Both the position numbers and the translations under genes were made by a program. A stretch of 64,000 bases of DNA, taken from Gemmatimonadota bacterium (GTDB lineage: Bacteria > Gemmatimonadota > Gemmatimonadetes > Palauibacterales > Palauibacteraceae). The stretch lies in the NCBI GenBank assembly GCA_965116475.1, contig OZ220691.1, forward strand, positions 3,424,001 through 3,488,000, written 5' to 3'. This document shows, one piece after another, positions 33,802 through 43,635 of the stretch (within the stretch, counting starts at the first letter, position 1; the number at the start of each line of letters is the position of its first letter). The notes beneath the pieces were generated by a model, which saw nothing but the letters and a program-made list of their open reading frames with translations, had not been told where the DNA came from and made no database searches.

Positions 33802-34617
33802 GTGCCGGGTGTACGCGACACCGGATCTCGCGCCGTGGGCGGCGACGGTGCGGGGCGGCGCGCCGGGTGCCGCGAGATCGCCGCGTGGGCGGACGATCTT
33901 CTGCGCGTCGCCGAGGTGGAGGACTACCCGTTCGCCCTCAACGGCCTTCAGGTGGACGGCCGACGCCCCGTCGCGCGCATCGGCGCCGCCACCGACGCAT
34001 GTCTGGCCACGATCGACCTCGCCGCCGAAGCCGGGTGCGATCTCCTGATGGTCCACCACGGCCTGTTCTGGGGCGGCCTGCGTCCCTTCGTCGGCCCCGC
34101 GTACGAGCGCTTCCGCCGGCTCGTGGAGAGCGGGATGGGACTGTACTCGGCGCACCTTCCGCTCGACGCACACCCCCGGATCGGAAACAACGTCCTCCTC
34201 GCCGCCGAATTCCGCGTCGGCGATGTCGAACCTTTCGGGTCCTTCAAGGGGAATGACGGGATCGGCGTCATCGGCTCGATCGACACGTCGCGCGGCGAAC
34301 TCGCGGCCCGAGCGGAAGTCGTGTGCGGGCGAACGCCCATCGTGATCGCCGGCGGCCCGGAACGCGTGTCGCGGCTCGCCATCGTCACGGGCGGTGCGGG
34401 TTCGATGATCGAGGCCGCCGCCATGGCGGGCGCCGACACCTTTCTCACGGGGGAGGGGAACCACCACACGTACCACGAGGCGATGGAACTCGGGATCAAC
34501 GTGATCTACGCCGGCCACTACGGGACGGAGACGCTGGGCGTACAGGCCCTCGCGAAGCGCGCCGGCGAGCATTTCGGGGCGGAACACGCCTTCTTCGACG
34601 TCCCCACCGGCCTCTAG
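33802..34617 (+). CDS. Nif3-like dinuclear metal-centre protein (start uncertain)
   Basis: NGLQVDG, VHHGLFW, YSAHLPLDAHP..GNN, TGE..HH, AGHYGTE. Confidence 0.9.
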   Translation: MPGVRDTGSRAVGGDGAGRRAGCREIAAWADDLLRVAEVEDYPFALNGLQVDGRRPVARIGAATDACLATIDLAAEAGCDLLMVHHGLFWGGLRPFVGPAYERFRRLVESGMGLYSAHLPLDAHPRIGNNVLLAAEFRVGDVEPFGSFKGNDGIGVIGSIDTSRGELAARAEVVCGRTPIVIAGGPERVSRLAIVTGGAGSMIEAAAMAGADTFLTGEGNHHTYHEAMELGINVIYAGHYGTETLGVQALAKRAGEHFGAEHAFFDVPTGL

Positions 34618-34622
34618 TACAG

Positions 34623-35546
34623 CTAGAAGACCGAGACCTTGAGGTCCGTCAGGTAGCGGTGCGGCCGTTCGCGGATATCCCGCAGGAGGAGGGCGAGTTC
34701 CTCGCCCGAGGCGCGCAGCGACTCCAGCGTTTCCAGCAGTTCATCGTGGACCGCGTCTTCGCGCAGGAGCTTGCCGAGCGTGCCTTCGCCGCCTTCCAAC
34801 CCCCGCCCGATCTCGGCCAGGGATCGGCCGGCGGCCGAGAAGTCCGTGCTGGCGGCGGCGAGCCGCGTCGAAAGCGTGTCGAGGTTGGCCAGCGTGCGAT
34901 CGACTTCCTCGGACCCTGTCATCCCCGCGAGCCGGTTCGCCAGGGTATCCATGTTGGCGAGCAGGCCGCCGATCGACGCGCGCTCGGTCTCGAGGATGCC
35001 CGCGAGTTCCCGCATGGCAAACGTGAAGGCCTCGGACCCGGATGCGACATTCTCGGCCAGGCCGCCGCCGAGCAGCGATTCCAGCTCTCCGATCAGGGAA
35101 CCCACCTCGTCCCCGAGCGTCGAGGCCAGCGACGTGAGGTCGGATCGGCGGTCGAGCGAGAGCGTATCCCCGTTCGCCAGCGTCCGCGCACTCGTCCCCG
35201 GCGCGAGTTCGACGAGTTGCTGGCCCAGAAATCCATCCGGCTGGATCGTGCCCCGCGTGTCCGCCGGCAGTCGGACGCGCGTGGAGAGCGTCATCGTGAG
35301 GACGACGCGATCCGCCGCGAGCGCGACTTCGTCCACGGTGCCGACCTCCACCCCGCGCAACAGGACGGGCGACGCGGTCGCGATCCGGTTCGCGTTCGCC
35401 GCGATCCCCCACACGCGGATCGTGGGGCCGCGAAACGGCGAACCCGATATCCAGAACAGGCCCGAGACGATGACGGCTGCGGCAAGGATGACGAACGCGC
35501 CGACCCGGACCTCGGCGCCGTGGTCGCGCAGCCCGGGGTCCCTCAC
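34623..35546 (-). CDS. mlaD: MlaD/MCE family protein
   Basis: EVRVGAFV TM anchor, VLLRGVEVGTV, GFLGQQLVEL.PG, helical tail with GTLGKLL; GTG 35546 overlaps the mlaF stop. Confidence 0.88.
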   Translation of the reverse strand: MRDPGLRDHGAEVRVGAFVILAAAVIVSGLFWISGSPFRGPTIRVWGIAANANRIATASPVLLRGVEVGTVDEVALAADRVVLTMTLSTRVRLPADTRGTIQPDGFLGQQLVELAPGTSARTLANGDTLSLDRRSDLTSLASTLGDEVGSLIGELESLLGGGLAENVASGSEAFTFAMRELAGILETERASIGGLLANMDTLANRLAGMTGSEEVDRTLANLDTLSTRLAAASTDFSAAGRSLAEIGRGLEGGEGTLGKLLREDAVHDELLETLESLRASGEELALLLRDIRERPHRYLTDLKVSVF

Positions 35547-36289
35547 GCGGGACCCCGCGCGGGCGCCGCGTCGAGAAACTCGCGCACCGCCCGGTTGTCC
35601 GTCTCGCGCAGTTGCCGCGGCGTGCCCTCCGCCGCGACGACGCCATCGGAGAGGAGCGCGATCCGGTCGGCCAGGAAGAAGGCGGACTCCACGTCGTGGG
35701 TCACGACGATGCTCGTTGCATCGACCTCCTCGCTCACACGTGCGATCAGGCGGTTGATGCGGGTCGCGTTGACGGGATCCAGCCCCGTCGTCGGCTCGTC
35801 GTAGAGGACGTAGCGGCGCTTCCCGATGATGGCGCGCGCGATGGCGACCCGCCGCTGCATGCCTCCGGAGAGTTCGGCGGGCAGGAGCATCAGCACTTCC
35901 GGCTCGAGGTTCACGTGATCGAGCGCCGTCCGGACCAGTTCCTCGCACTTGGCCGCGCGGCCGCGGCAGAAGCCGGGCGGGAGGCCCATCAGCAGGTTCC
36001 CGCGTACCGTCATGGAATCGAAGAGGGCGGAATTCTGGAACACGTAGGCGGTCCTGGTGCGCACGGCGGCCATCTCGGCCCGGTCGGCCGAAGGTACCGA
36101 GATCCCATCGACGAGGATGTCTCCGGCGTCGGGATCGAAGAGGCCGACGATGTGTTTGAGGAGGACGCTCTTACCGGTCCCTGACGGCCCCATGATGGCG
36201 AGGGTTTCGCCTTCCCGCACGTCGAGGTCGACGCCGCTCAGAACCGGGCGTCCCCCCAGCCACTTGTGCACGCCGATGATCCTGATCAT
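35543..36289 (-). CDS. mlaF: MlaF-type ABC transporter ATP-binding protein
   Basis: GPSGTGKS, FQNSALFDSMTV, ELSGGMQRRVAIARA, YDEPTTGLDP, VTHD. Confidence 0.92.
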   Translation of the reverse strand: MIRIIGVHKWLGGRPVLSGVDLDVREGETLAIMGPSGTGKSVLLKHIVGLFDPDAGDILVDGISVPSADRAEMAAVRTRTAYVFQNSALFDSMTVRGNLLMGLPPGFCRGRAAKCEELVRTALDHVNLEPEVLMLLPAELSGGMQRRVAIARAIIGKRRYVLYDEPTTGLDPVNATRINRLIARVSEEVDATSIVVTHDVESAFFLADRIALLSDGVVAAEGTPRQLRETDNRAVREFLDAAPARGPA

Positions 36290-37071
36290 GTGAGCGTCTT
36301 GTACACCGGCCCGAGTACCGTGTCGAGGACCATGATCGAGACGATGATCGCGACGACCGCCCGCGTCGCGGTGCGGCCCACGCCCGCCGCCCCGCCGCTC
36401 GCGCGAAGCCCGACGTGGCTCGAGATGAAGGTGATGGCGAACCCGTACGCGACCGCCTTCACGAGGGAGAAGATCAGCGCGCCGTGGTGATAGTACCCCT
36501 TGGCTCCATCCACGTACTCGGCCGTGCTCAACCCGAGGATGCCGACCGAGGTCACGTAGCCGCTGAAGATCCCCATCACGTTGGCGAGCATGACGAGCGG
36601 GATCAGAATGAGGGTTCCCGCCACCACCCGCGGGACCACGAGTTCCACGACGGGGTCCCGGCCCATCGTCAGGAGGGCGTCGATCTGGTTCGTCACCTTC
36701 ATCGTGCCGAGTTCGGCTCCGATGGCGGCCCCGACGCGCCCCGCGAGCACGACCGCCGTCAGCACGGGTCCGAGTTCCGTGAGCATGCCGCCGACGACGC
36801 CGCCCGCGACGATCTCCCTCGGCAGTCCCGGCGAGAGCTGGTACATCGTCTGCTGGGCCATGACCGCACCCGAAAGGGCCCCCATGAGCAAGACCAGCGG
36901 GAGGCTGTCGAGGCCGATGAACTTCGCGTGCTGGACTGTCTCCAGCGCGTACCGGCGCGGATAGGCGAGCGCACGGATCGTCGCGATGCCGAGCATGCCC
37001 GCTCTTCCCGCGTGGAGCGCCGCGGCACGGGCGGAGCGGCCCGGGCCTGCGAGGAGGTGCGGCGCCTTCAA
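36286..37071 (-). CDS. mlaE: MlaE-type ABC transporter permease
   Basis: IGLDSLP, ELGPVLTA..LAGRVGA.IGAELGTMKVT.QIDAL, GGAAGVG.TAT.AVV; TTG 37071 overlaps the upstream stop. Confidence 0.92.
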   Translation of the reverse strand: MKAPHLLAGPGRSARAAALHAGRAGMLGIATIRALAYPRRYALETVQHAKFIGLDSLPLVLLMGALSGAVMAQQTMYQLSPGLPREIVAGGVVGGMLTELGPVLTAVVLAGRVGAAIGAELGTMKVTNQIDALLTMGRDPVVELVVPRVVAGTLILIPLVMLANVMGIFSGYVTSVGILGLSTAEYVDGAKGYYHHGALIFSLVKAVAYGFAITFISSHVGLRASGGAAGVGRTATRAVVAIIVSIMVLDTVLGPVYKTLT

Positions 37072-37415
37072 CGGCTCTCGTGCCTTTCGGCGTCCGGTGT
37101 CTCCAGCTGCGATTCCGGCCGCGGTACGCCGTCGAGTACCTCCACCTCCAGTCGAATCGACTCCCACAGGCGGTGCATGCGCCCGGGGTCGTCTCCGAGC
37201 CGGGCGACGAATTCCTCGAGTTGCTGTCCCGTCACGCCGTGCTCATCGAGCGCAGCGGCCCGCACCGAGTCGCCTTCCGCCGTATCCGCGTACTTCGCCC
37301 GTGCCCAGCTCAGCCTCGCCATGACCTGCACGTACGTGTCGTCGTCGAGGCCGCCGCCGGAGCCGGCGCAGCCGATGGCCGCGAGGCCCGCGGCGAGCAG
37401 GATCCGTTTCCTCAT
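37068..37415 (-). CDS. Small helical lipoprotein (start 37415 or 37442)
   Basis: MRKRILLAAGLAAIGC lipoprotein signal; fills the gap between the OPT gene and mlaE. Confidence 0.7.
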   Translation of the reverse strand: MRKRILLAAGLAAIGCAGSGGGLDDDTYVQVMARLSWARAKYADTAEGDSVRAAALDEHGVTGQQLEEFVARLGDDPGRMHRLWESIRLEVEVLDGVPRPESQLETPDAERHESR

Positions 37416-37438
37416 GGCTCGGCCGCCGCCCGGGTGCT

Positions 37439-39502
37439 TCATTCGGACGCCCGCAGCGAGGCGCGGTAGAGCCAGAGGATGAATCCGGCGACGACCGCGG
37501 CGCCGATCCAGCGCGCGATCGGATCGAATCCATCGGATACGACGCTCAGCACATCCGTGCCGCTCTCGGAGATCGCGAACGGGATCGCGAGGAAGATCCC
37601 GACGAGCGCCTCTCCCGTGATGAGCCCGGACGAGAAGAGCAGCCCCCGATGGTTCGCCTGCCGGACGGCGCCTTCGCCGCCGCCCCCTCGCCGTACGGCC
37701 CGGCCCACCAGCCACGCCACGATCCCTCCCACGAAGATCGGGACTTCGAGTTCGATGGGCAGGTAGATCCCGACCGCGACGGCGAGGACCGGTACCCGCA
37801 GGCTGGAGCCGCGCGCCTTGAGAGTCTGGTCCAGGGCGATCACGCCTGCGGCGATGAGCGCGCCGATCCCGATCATCCCCCACGGGAGATTGCGCGAAAA
37901 GACGCCATCGGCGACGGAAGCCATGAGCGTCGCCTGCGGCGCCTGCAGCATCTCGTCCGGATCCATCCCCGCGCGCGGCAGGACGCCGCCGAGCCCGTAC
38001 GCCTCGAACAGAAGGCCGAGGATCGGCGCGATGACGAGCGCGGCGGCCGTGACGCCGATGAGCTGCATGATCTGCTGCTGCCGCGGCGTGGCGCCCACGA
38101 TCCGCCCCGCCTTCAGGTCCTGCATGTTGTCGCCCGCGATCGCGGCGGCGCAGGCGACGACGGCCCCCACGAGGATGGCGGTCGCCGCCGCCGAGAGCGC
38201 CTGGGGCGCGGAGACGGTGAAGTCGATCTGCAGTCCCAGCAGGAGATAGAGGATGAGGGAGATCGTGAGGATCGTCGCGATCGTCACGCCCGAGATCGGG
38301 TTGTTCGAGGAGCCCACGAGACCCGCCATGTAGCCTGCGACGGAGGCGAAGAGGAACCCCGCCAGGAGGGAGAAGACGGTCCCCAGCGCGAGCACGAGCC
38401 AGTACAGTCCGGGCGTGATCGAGAGCGAGCCGCGGTCGATGACGAGCATGAACACCGCGAGGATCGGGACCGCGAGCGCCACTGTCCCGACCCCGACGAA
38501 GTTGATCGGCATGTCCCGCTCGGTGCGGAGGATCTCCGGACCGCCGTCGGCCGCGCGGGCCGCGCGCAGCGCCGCGATGGAGGAGCGTACGCCATCCCGC
38601 ACGTGGCCCAGGAGCGACACGAGGGCCCAAACGCCTCCCACGACCATGGCGCCTACCCCCATGAAGCGAATCTGCGCGCTCCAGATCGCGAGGGCCGCAT
38701 CGTACCCGCTTGCGTCCCCCGTGATGCCGGCCACGACCTGCGGGTCGGTGATCGCCATGTAGATGGGGATCCCCGCGAGCCATGAGATCGCGCCGCCCGC
38801 GAGCACGAGGCTGCCGACGCGGGGTCCGACGATGTAGCCGACGCCGAGCAGGGCGGGCGAGAGGTCGCTTCCGATCCCGAACACGGAGCGGCCCAACGTG
38901 AAGCCGTGTTCTATCGAGGAGCCCGCGATCTTGAGGCCCGTCTGCGACAGCTTTAGCAGGGCGGCTGCCACGCCTCCGAGCGCGATCAGCTTCGCGCCGG
39001 AACCGCCGCTGGCCCCGGCCTTCAGGACTTCCGCCGTCGCGACGCCCTCCGGAAAACGCAGGTCCGCCTCGACGATGAGGGCGCGGCGGAGCGGTATGGT
39101 GAAGAGGACGCCGAGAATGCCGCCGCAGAGCGCGATCCCCATCGTGGGCAGGAACGGGAACCCGGCCCAGTGGCGGAGCAGGATGAGGGCGGGAAGGGTG
39201 AAGATCACGCCGGCCGCCAGCGACTCGCCCGCGGACGCCGCCGTCTGGACGATGTTGTTCTCGAGGATGTTGTGCTCGCGGAACATCCTGAGGATCGCCA
39301 TGGAGATCACGGCGGCCGGGATGGACGCGGACACGGTGAGACCCACCTTGAGGCCCAGATAGGCGTTGGCCCCCGAGAGGACGGCGGAGAGGAGGATGCC
39401 GAGCACGATCGCCTTGCCGGTGATCTCGGGCAGCGACTGCGACGCGGGGATGTACGGCTTGTGCGTGCGCGACTCCGAGGCGCCGGCTGCTGGGTCCGAC
39501 AT
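37439..39502 (-). CDS. OPT family oligopeptide transporter
   Basis: NAYLGLKVGLTVSASIPAAV, ENNIVQT, FPEG, GSSNNPISG, DNMQDLKAG, APQATLM; GGAGG 7 nt before ATG 39502. Confidence 0.95.
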   Translation of the reverse strand: MSDPAAGASESRTHKPYIPASQSLPEITGKAIVLGILLSAVLSGANAYLGLKVGLTVSASIPAAVISMAILRMFREHNILENNIVQTAASAGESLAAGVIFTLPALILLRHWAGFPFLPTMGIALCGGILGVLFTIPLRRALIVEADLRFPEGVATAEVLKAGASGGSGAKLIALGGVAAALLKLSQTGLKIAGSSIEHGFTLGRSVFGIGSDLSPALLGVGYIVGPRVGSLVLAGGAISWLAGIPIYMAITDPQVVAGITGDASGYDAALAIWSAQIRFMGVGAMVVGGVWALVSLLGHVRDGVRSSIAALRAARAADGGPEILRTERDMPINFVGVGTVALAVPILAVFMLVIDRGSLSITPGLYWLVLALGTVFSLLAGFLFASVAGYMAGLVGSSNNPISGVTIATILTISLILYLLLGLQIDFTVSAPQALSAAATAILVGAVVACAAAIAGDNMQDLKAGRIVGATPRQQQIMQLIGVTAAALVIAPILGLLFEAYGLGGVLPRAGMDPDEMLQAPQATLMASVADGVFSRNLPWGMIGIGALIAAGVIALDQTLKARGSSLRVPVLAVAVGIYLPIELEVPIFVGGIVAWLVGRAVRRGGGGEGAVRQANHRGLLFSSGLITGEALVGIFLAIPFAISESGTDVLSVVSDGFDPIARWIGAAVVAGFILWLYRASLRASE

Positions 39503-39724
39503 GGGCATCCCTCCAGATTGTCCCGGAATCGACACGGGAGATGATCGCATCCTCATGGGGCGGGGTCGACCGATGGGACGCTAGTTGCGGGTCCGGCAGG
39601 GGTCAACACGGAACCCCCTGCCGAAGTGGCACCAGCGCGGCGTCCCCGATGGCGGGCGTCACCGCCTGATCGGCGGTTATCCCGCCGTTCCGGCGGATCG
39701 AGGCCTCGAATCCGGCGCCCGGGA

Positions 39725-39740
39725 GGGCACGGGGATTGCT
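39725..39740 (+). promoter_or_regulatory. Candidate sigma54 (-24/-12) promoter of clpB
   Basis: GGGCAC-GGGGA-TTGCT fits TGGCAC-N5-TTGCW with exact GG-N10-GC spacing, about 70 nt before clpB. Confidence 0.6.
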
Positions 39741-39807
39741 CATGAAACGGGGAGACCGCAATCCGAAGGACTCCGACGCCGCGAATAGCGCGAATAGAGA
39801 ATAGAAG

Positions 39808-42438
39808 ATGATCCCGAACGACAGGCTCACGCTCAAGGCCCGCGAAGCCCTCAACGACGCGACGCTCGCGGCGCGCCGGGCGGACAACCCCGCCGTCGAG
39901 GACGTACACCTCCTCGCGGCACTGCTCGGGCAGGAGGGCGGCGTCATCGTGCCGGTCCTGCAGACGGTGGGCGTCCATCTCCCCGATCTGGAGGCGCGGC
40001 TCGAGCGGGCCGTGCGCCGCCTGCCGAAACAGAGTGGGGCGGCTCCGGCCCTCAGCCGCGAACTCGACCGCGTCCTCGACGCGGCGGATGCGCTCGCCGG
40101 GGATATGGGCGATTCGTACGTGACGACCGAGCACCTCCTCCTGGCCCTCGCCGGGGAGAAGGCCTCCACCACGGGCCCGCTGCTCCGGAACGCGGGGGCC
40201 GGTCCGGAATCGACGCGCCAGGCGGTGGAGGAAGTCCGGGGGCCGCATCGGGTCACGGATCAGGACCCGGAAGGGAAGTATCGCGCCCTCGAGCGGTACG
40301 GCGTCGACCTCACGGCCGAGGCCCGCGCCGGAAAGCTCGACCCCGTCATCGGCCGCGATGCGGAGATCCGCCGCGTCATGCAGGTCCTCTCGCGGCGGAG
40401 GAAGAACAATCCCGTCCTCATCGGCGAGCCCGGCGTGGGCAAGACGGCGATCGCGGAAGGGCTCGCGCAGCGAATCGTCGCGGGAGACATCCCGGAATCA
40501 CTGCGGAACAAGCAGCTCGTGCAGCTCGACATCGGCTCGATGCTGGCCGGCGCCAAGTACCGGGGCGAGTTCGAGGAGCGCCTGAAGGCGACGCTCAAGG
40601 AGATCACGGAATCCGGCGGCCGTTACGTCATCTTCCTCGACGAACTCCACACCGTGGTGGGAGCGGGGGCCGCCGAGGGCGCGGTGGATGCGGGGAACAT
40701 GCTCAAGCCCGCGCTGGCGCGGGGCCAGCTGCGCATGGTGGGCGCGACCACGCTCGACGAATACCGGTTGCATATCGAGAAGGACCCGGCTCTGGAGCGG
40801 CGGTTCCAGCCCGTCGTCGTCGGCGAACCCGGCGTGGACGAGACCCTGGCCATCCTGCGTGGACTCAAGGAGCGCTACGAGGTCCACCACGGCGTACGGA
40901 TCACGGATCCGGCGCTCGTCAGCGCCGTGCGCCTGTCCGACCGCTACATCGGCGACCGGTTCCTGCCCGACAAGGCGATCGATCTCGTGGACGAGGCCGC
41001 GTCCCGGCTCCGTATCGAGATCGATTCCATGCCCGGGGAGATCGACGAACTGGACCGCCGCGTCACGCAACTCGAGATCGAACGCGAGGCGCTGCGCGAG
41101 GAGGACGACGCACGGAGCCGGGGGCGGCTCGCGGAGCTGGAGGGCGAACTCGCCGCGGCGCGGGAATCCCTCGCGGGACTGAACGCGCGCTGGATACGGG
41201 AGAAGGACACGATCGACACGGTCCAGCGCTTCAAGCGCGAGATCGAGGAACTCGGCGTGGAGGCGCAGCAGGCGCAGCGGCGCGTGGACCACCAGCGCGC
41301 GGCGGAAATCCTCCACGGGGAGTTGCCGAAGCTGCGGACCGAACTCCTCGCCGCGGAAGCGAAGCTGAAGGAGATCCAGGACGAGGGCTCCTTTCTGAAC
41401 GAGGAGGTCGGCCCCGGCGAGATCGCCGAGGTCGTGGCGAGCTGGACCGGGATTCCGGTGGCGCGGATGCTCGAGGACGAGAAGGACCGTCTCGCCACGC
41501 TCGAGGAACACCTGCATCGGCGCGTGGTGAACCAGTCGCACGCCATCACGGCCGTGTCGGATGCGGTGCGCCGAAGTCGCGCGGGACTCCAGGACCCCAA
41601 CCGTCCCATCGGGAGTTTCATGTTCCTCGGTCCCACGGGTGTCGGGAAGACGGAGACGGCGCGGGCGCTGGCGAAATTCCTCTTCGACGAGGAGTCCGCC
41701 ATGGTCCGGATCGACATGTCCGAGTACATGGAACGGCACGCGGTGGCGCGTCTCATCGGAGCGCCGCCCGGGTACGTCGGCTACGAGGAGGGTGGACAGC
41801 TCACCGAGGCCGTGCGGCGGCGTCCCTACACCGTGGTGCTGTTCGACGAGATCGAGAAGGCGCACCCGGAAGTCTTCAACGTCCTCCTCCAGATCCTGGA
41901 TGACGGGCGGCTGACGGACGGCCGTGGGCGCACGGTGGACTTCCGCAACGCGGTGCTCATCATGACGAGCAACATCGGAAGTTCCAGGATCCTCGCGCGT
42001 TCCGAGGCCGGCGAGTCGTGGGCCGGGACGGAGGCGGAGGTCGAGAACGCCCTGCGCGGCCGCTTCAAGCCGGAGTTCCTCAACCGGGTGGACGAGATCC
42101 TCGTCTTCCAGCCGCTGAGCCGGGAGCACCTCGAGTCGATCGTCGGAATCCAGGTGGATCGGGTAGCCCGAATGCTGGCGGAACGGGAGATCCGGATCGA
42201 GGTCAGTGGACCCGCCAGGCGAAGAATCGCGGAGGTCGGGTACGATCCGGCGTTCGGGGCGCGCCCGCTCAAGCGCGCGATCCAGCGGCTCATCGCGAAC
42301 CCGCTCGCGATGGCCTTCCTGGAAGGACGTTTCCGGGAGGGCGACGCGCTGCGCGTGGAACCGGATGAGGATGGCGACGGGCTATGCTTCGTACCGTTGG
42401 GGACAGACGATTCAAGAGAGAGGGAGGGGGAGGGATGA
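39808..42438 (+). CDS. clpB: ATP-dependent chaperone ClpB
   Basis: GEPGVGKT, long M-domain coiled coil, [26 protein letters not shown]. Confidence 0.97.
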   Translation: MIPNDRLTLKAREALNDATLAARRADNPAVEDVHLLAALLGQEGGVIVPVLQTVGVHLPDLEARLERAVRRLPKQSGAAPALSRELDRVLDAADALAGDMGDSYVTTEHLLLALAGEKASTTGPLLRNAGAGPESTRQAVEEVRGPHRVTDQDPEGKYRALERYGVDLTAEARAGKLDPVIGRDAEIRRVMQVLSRRRKNNPVLIGEPGVGKTAIAEGLAQRIVAGDIPESLRNKQLVQLDIGSMLAGAKYRGEFEERLKATLKEITESGGRYVIFLDELHTVVGAGAAEGAVDAGNMLKPALARGQLRMVGATTLDEYRLHIEKDPALERRFQPVVVGEPGVDETLAILRGLKERYEVHHGVRITDPALVSAVRLSDRYIGDRFLPDKAIDLVDEAASRLRIEIDSMPGEIDELDRRVTQLEIEREALREEDDARSRGRLAELEGELAAARESLAGLNARWIREKDTIDTVQRFKREIEELGVEAQQAQRRVDHQRAAEILHGELPKLRTELLAAEAKLKEIQDEGSFLNEEVGPGEIAEVVASWTGIPVARMLEDEKDRLATLEEHLHRRVVNQSHAITAVSDAVRRSRAGLQDPNRPIGSFMFLGPTGVGKTETARALAKFLFDEESAMVRIDMSEYMERHAVARLIGAPPGYVGYEEGGQLTEAVRRRPYTVVLFDEIEKAHPEVFNVLLQILDDGRLTDGRGRTVDFRNAVLIMTSNIGSSRILARSEAGESWAGTEAEVENALRGRFKPEFLNRVDEILVFQPLSREHLESIVGIQVDRVARMLAEREIRIEVSGPARRRIAEVGYDPAFGARPLKRAIQRLIANPLAMAFLEGRFREGDALRVEPDEDGDGLCFVPLGTDDSREREGEG

Positions 42439-42896
42439 ACGCAGCAGGGTTTTCTCGCCGGGCCGGCATGGCCGTGGTCGCGGCGGGTTTCGCGTTTGCC
42501 GCCTGTGCATCGCGCGGAGATGCCGGGGCGGAGTACGGCCCGGACATGTATGGAGCGGAGTCCGCGGAGACGGCTATCGGACGGTTCCTCGATGCCGCGA
42601 AACTGCGCGACTACGCGACCATGGCCCGGCTGTTCGGCACGGACGACGGCCCGGCGGAACGCCGCTGGGGACGGGGCGAGACGGAACAGAGGATGGTCGT
42701 GCTGGCGGGCCTGCTCGCGCCGGGCGGCTACCAACTCCGCCCGAACCCCGTCACCGGGGCCGACGGTGCCTCGCGCTGGACAGTCGACCTGACGGGGACG
42801 CCGAACGGGACGGTGAGCGTCCCCGTCTTCATCGTTTCGGATGGGAACCGCTGGTTCGTGGAGCGCATCGGGACGGAGGGACTCCGCGCTCCGTGA
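42435..42896 (+). CDS. Hypothetical lipoprotein coupled to clpB
   Basis: [24 protein letters not shown] signal with lipobox; ATGA overlap with the clpB stop. Confidence 0.7.
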   Translation: MNAAGFSRRAGMAVVAAGFAFAACASRGDAGAEYGPDMYGAESAETAIGRFLDAAKLRDYATMARLFGTDDGPAERRWGRGETEQRMVVLAGLLAPGGYQLRPNPVTGADGASRWTVDLTGTPNGTVSVPVFIVSDGNRWFVERIGTEGLRAP

Positions 42897-43635
42897 TCCC
42901 GGTGGGCCGTTCGTGGTAGCGGCGGAGTCGCCGAGGGTCCGCGCCCGCGAGGAAGGCTGCACGGAGCGCCCAGTGCCTGACGACGGTGCGAAGGAAACCG
43001 GCTTCCCAGCGCCGGCTCGAGGTGCGCGCCGCGAGGGCGAGAAGGCGAAAGCGAGCGACGCGGCGAACGGCGCGCACGAAGGTCACGTCCTCGAACAGGG
43101 GAAGATCCCTGAATCCGCCGGATGCCTCGTAGGCGTCGCGCGTCGCGAAGAGGGCCTGGTCTCCCGTGGCGGTGTGGAACCGGCGGGTACGCCAGTTCAC
43201 GCCCCATTCGAGCAGGCGGTAGCGCCAGCCGTGCGCGTTCGGATCGAGGGCGAAGCGGAAGCAGCCCGCCTCCGCACCCGCGCGAACGGCGGCGCGGATC
43301 GCTGTCGCGGCGCCGTCGGGAAGCCACGTGTCCGCGTGCAGGAAGACGAGGATCCCCCCGGTCGCGGACCGGGCCCCGGCGGCGAGCTGGGCGCCGCGAT
43401 TCCGGCGGGCCGACAGGACGCGACCATGGTGTGCCGCGATCTCCGCCGTCCGATCCCGGCTGCCTCCGTCGACCACGACGACCTCCGCCGCCGGGCCGAG
43501 AGCGGACTTCGCGCACCGGAGCGTCTCATCGAGCCGCGCTTCTTCGTCGAGGGTCGGCACGATGACGGAGAACTCCGGGCCGGGGCGGGTCGGCCGCCGC
43601 GGCGACCCGGTGTGGGATTCCGGCTCCCCTGTCAC
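42829..43635 (-). CDS. GT2 glycosyltransferase, TIGR04283-like
   Basis: FSVIVPTLDEE, VVDGGSRDRT, NRGAQLAAGA, FLHADT, TGDQALF, GGF..LPLFEDV, TSSRRW; GTG 43635 overlaps the mce stop. Confidence 0.85.
   Translation of the reverse strand: MTGEPESHTGSPRRPTRPGPEFSVIVPTLDEEARLDETLRCAKSALGPAAEVVVVDGGSRDRTAEIAAHHGRVLSARRNRGAQLAAGARSATGGILVFLHADTWLPDGAATAIRAAVRAGAEAGCFRFALDPNAHGWRYRLLEWGVNWRTRRFHTATGDQALFATRDAYEASGGFRDLPLFEDVTFVRAVRRVARFRLLALAARTSSRRWEAGFLRTVVRHWALRAAFLAGADPRRLRRYHERPTGITERGVPPSRCAPRTSGSHPKR

Noticed and set aside
33760..33840. guaA 3' end as a genomic-island integration site
   Set aside because: No integrase or duplicated 3' end; a housekeeping Nif3 gene follows directly
37443..38783. 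571-aa ORF 37068-38783 as a single gene
   Set aside because: Only the last 116-125 codons look like a real lipoprotein; the rest overlaps the OPT gene out of frame
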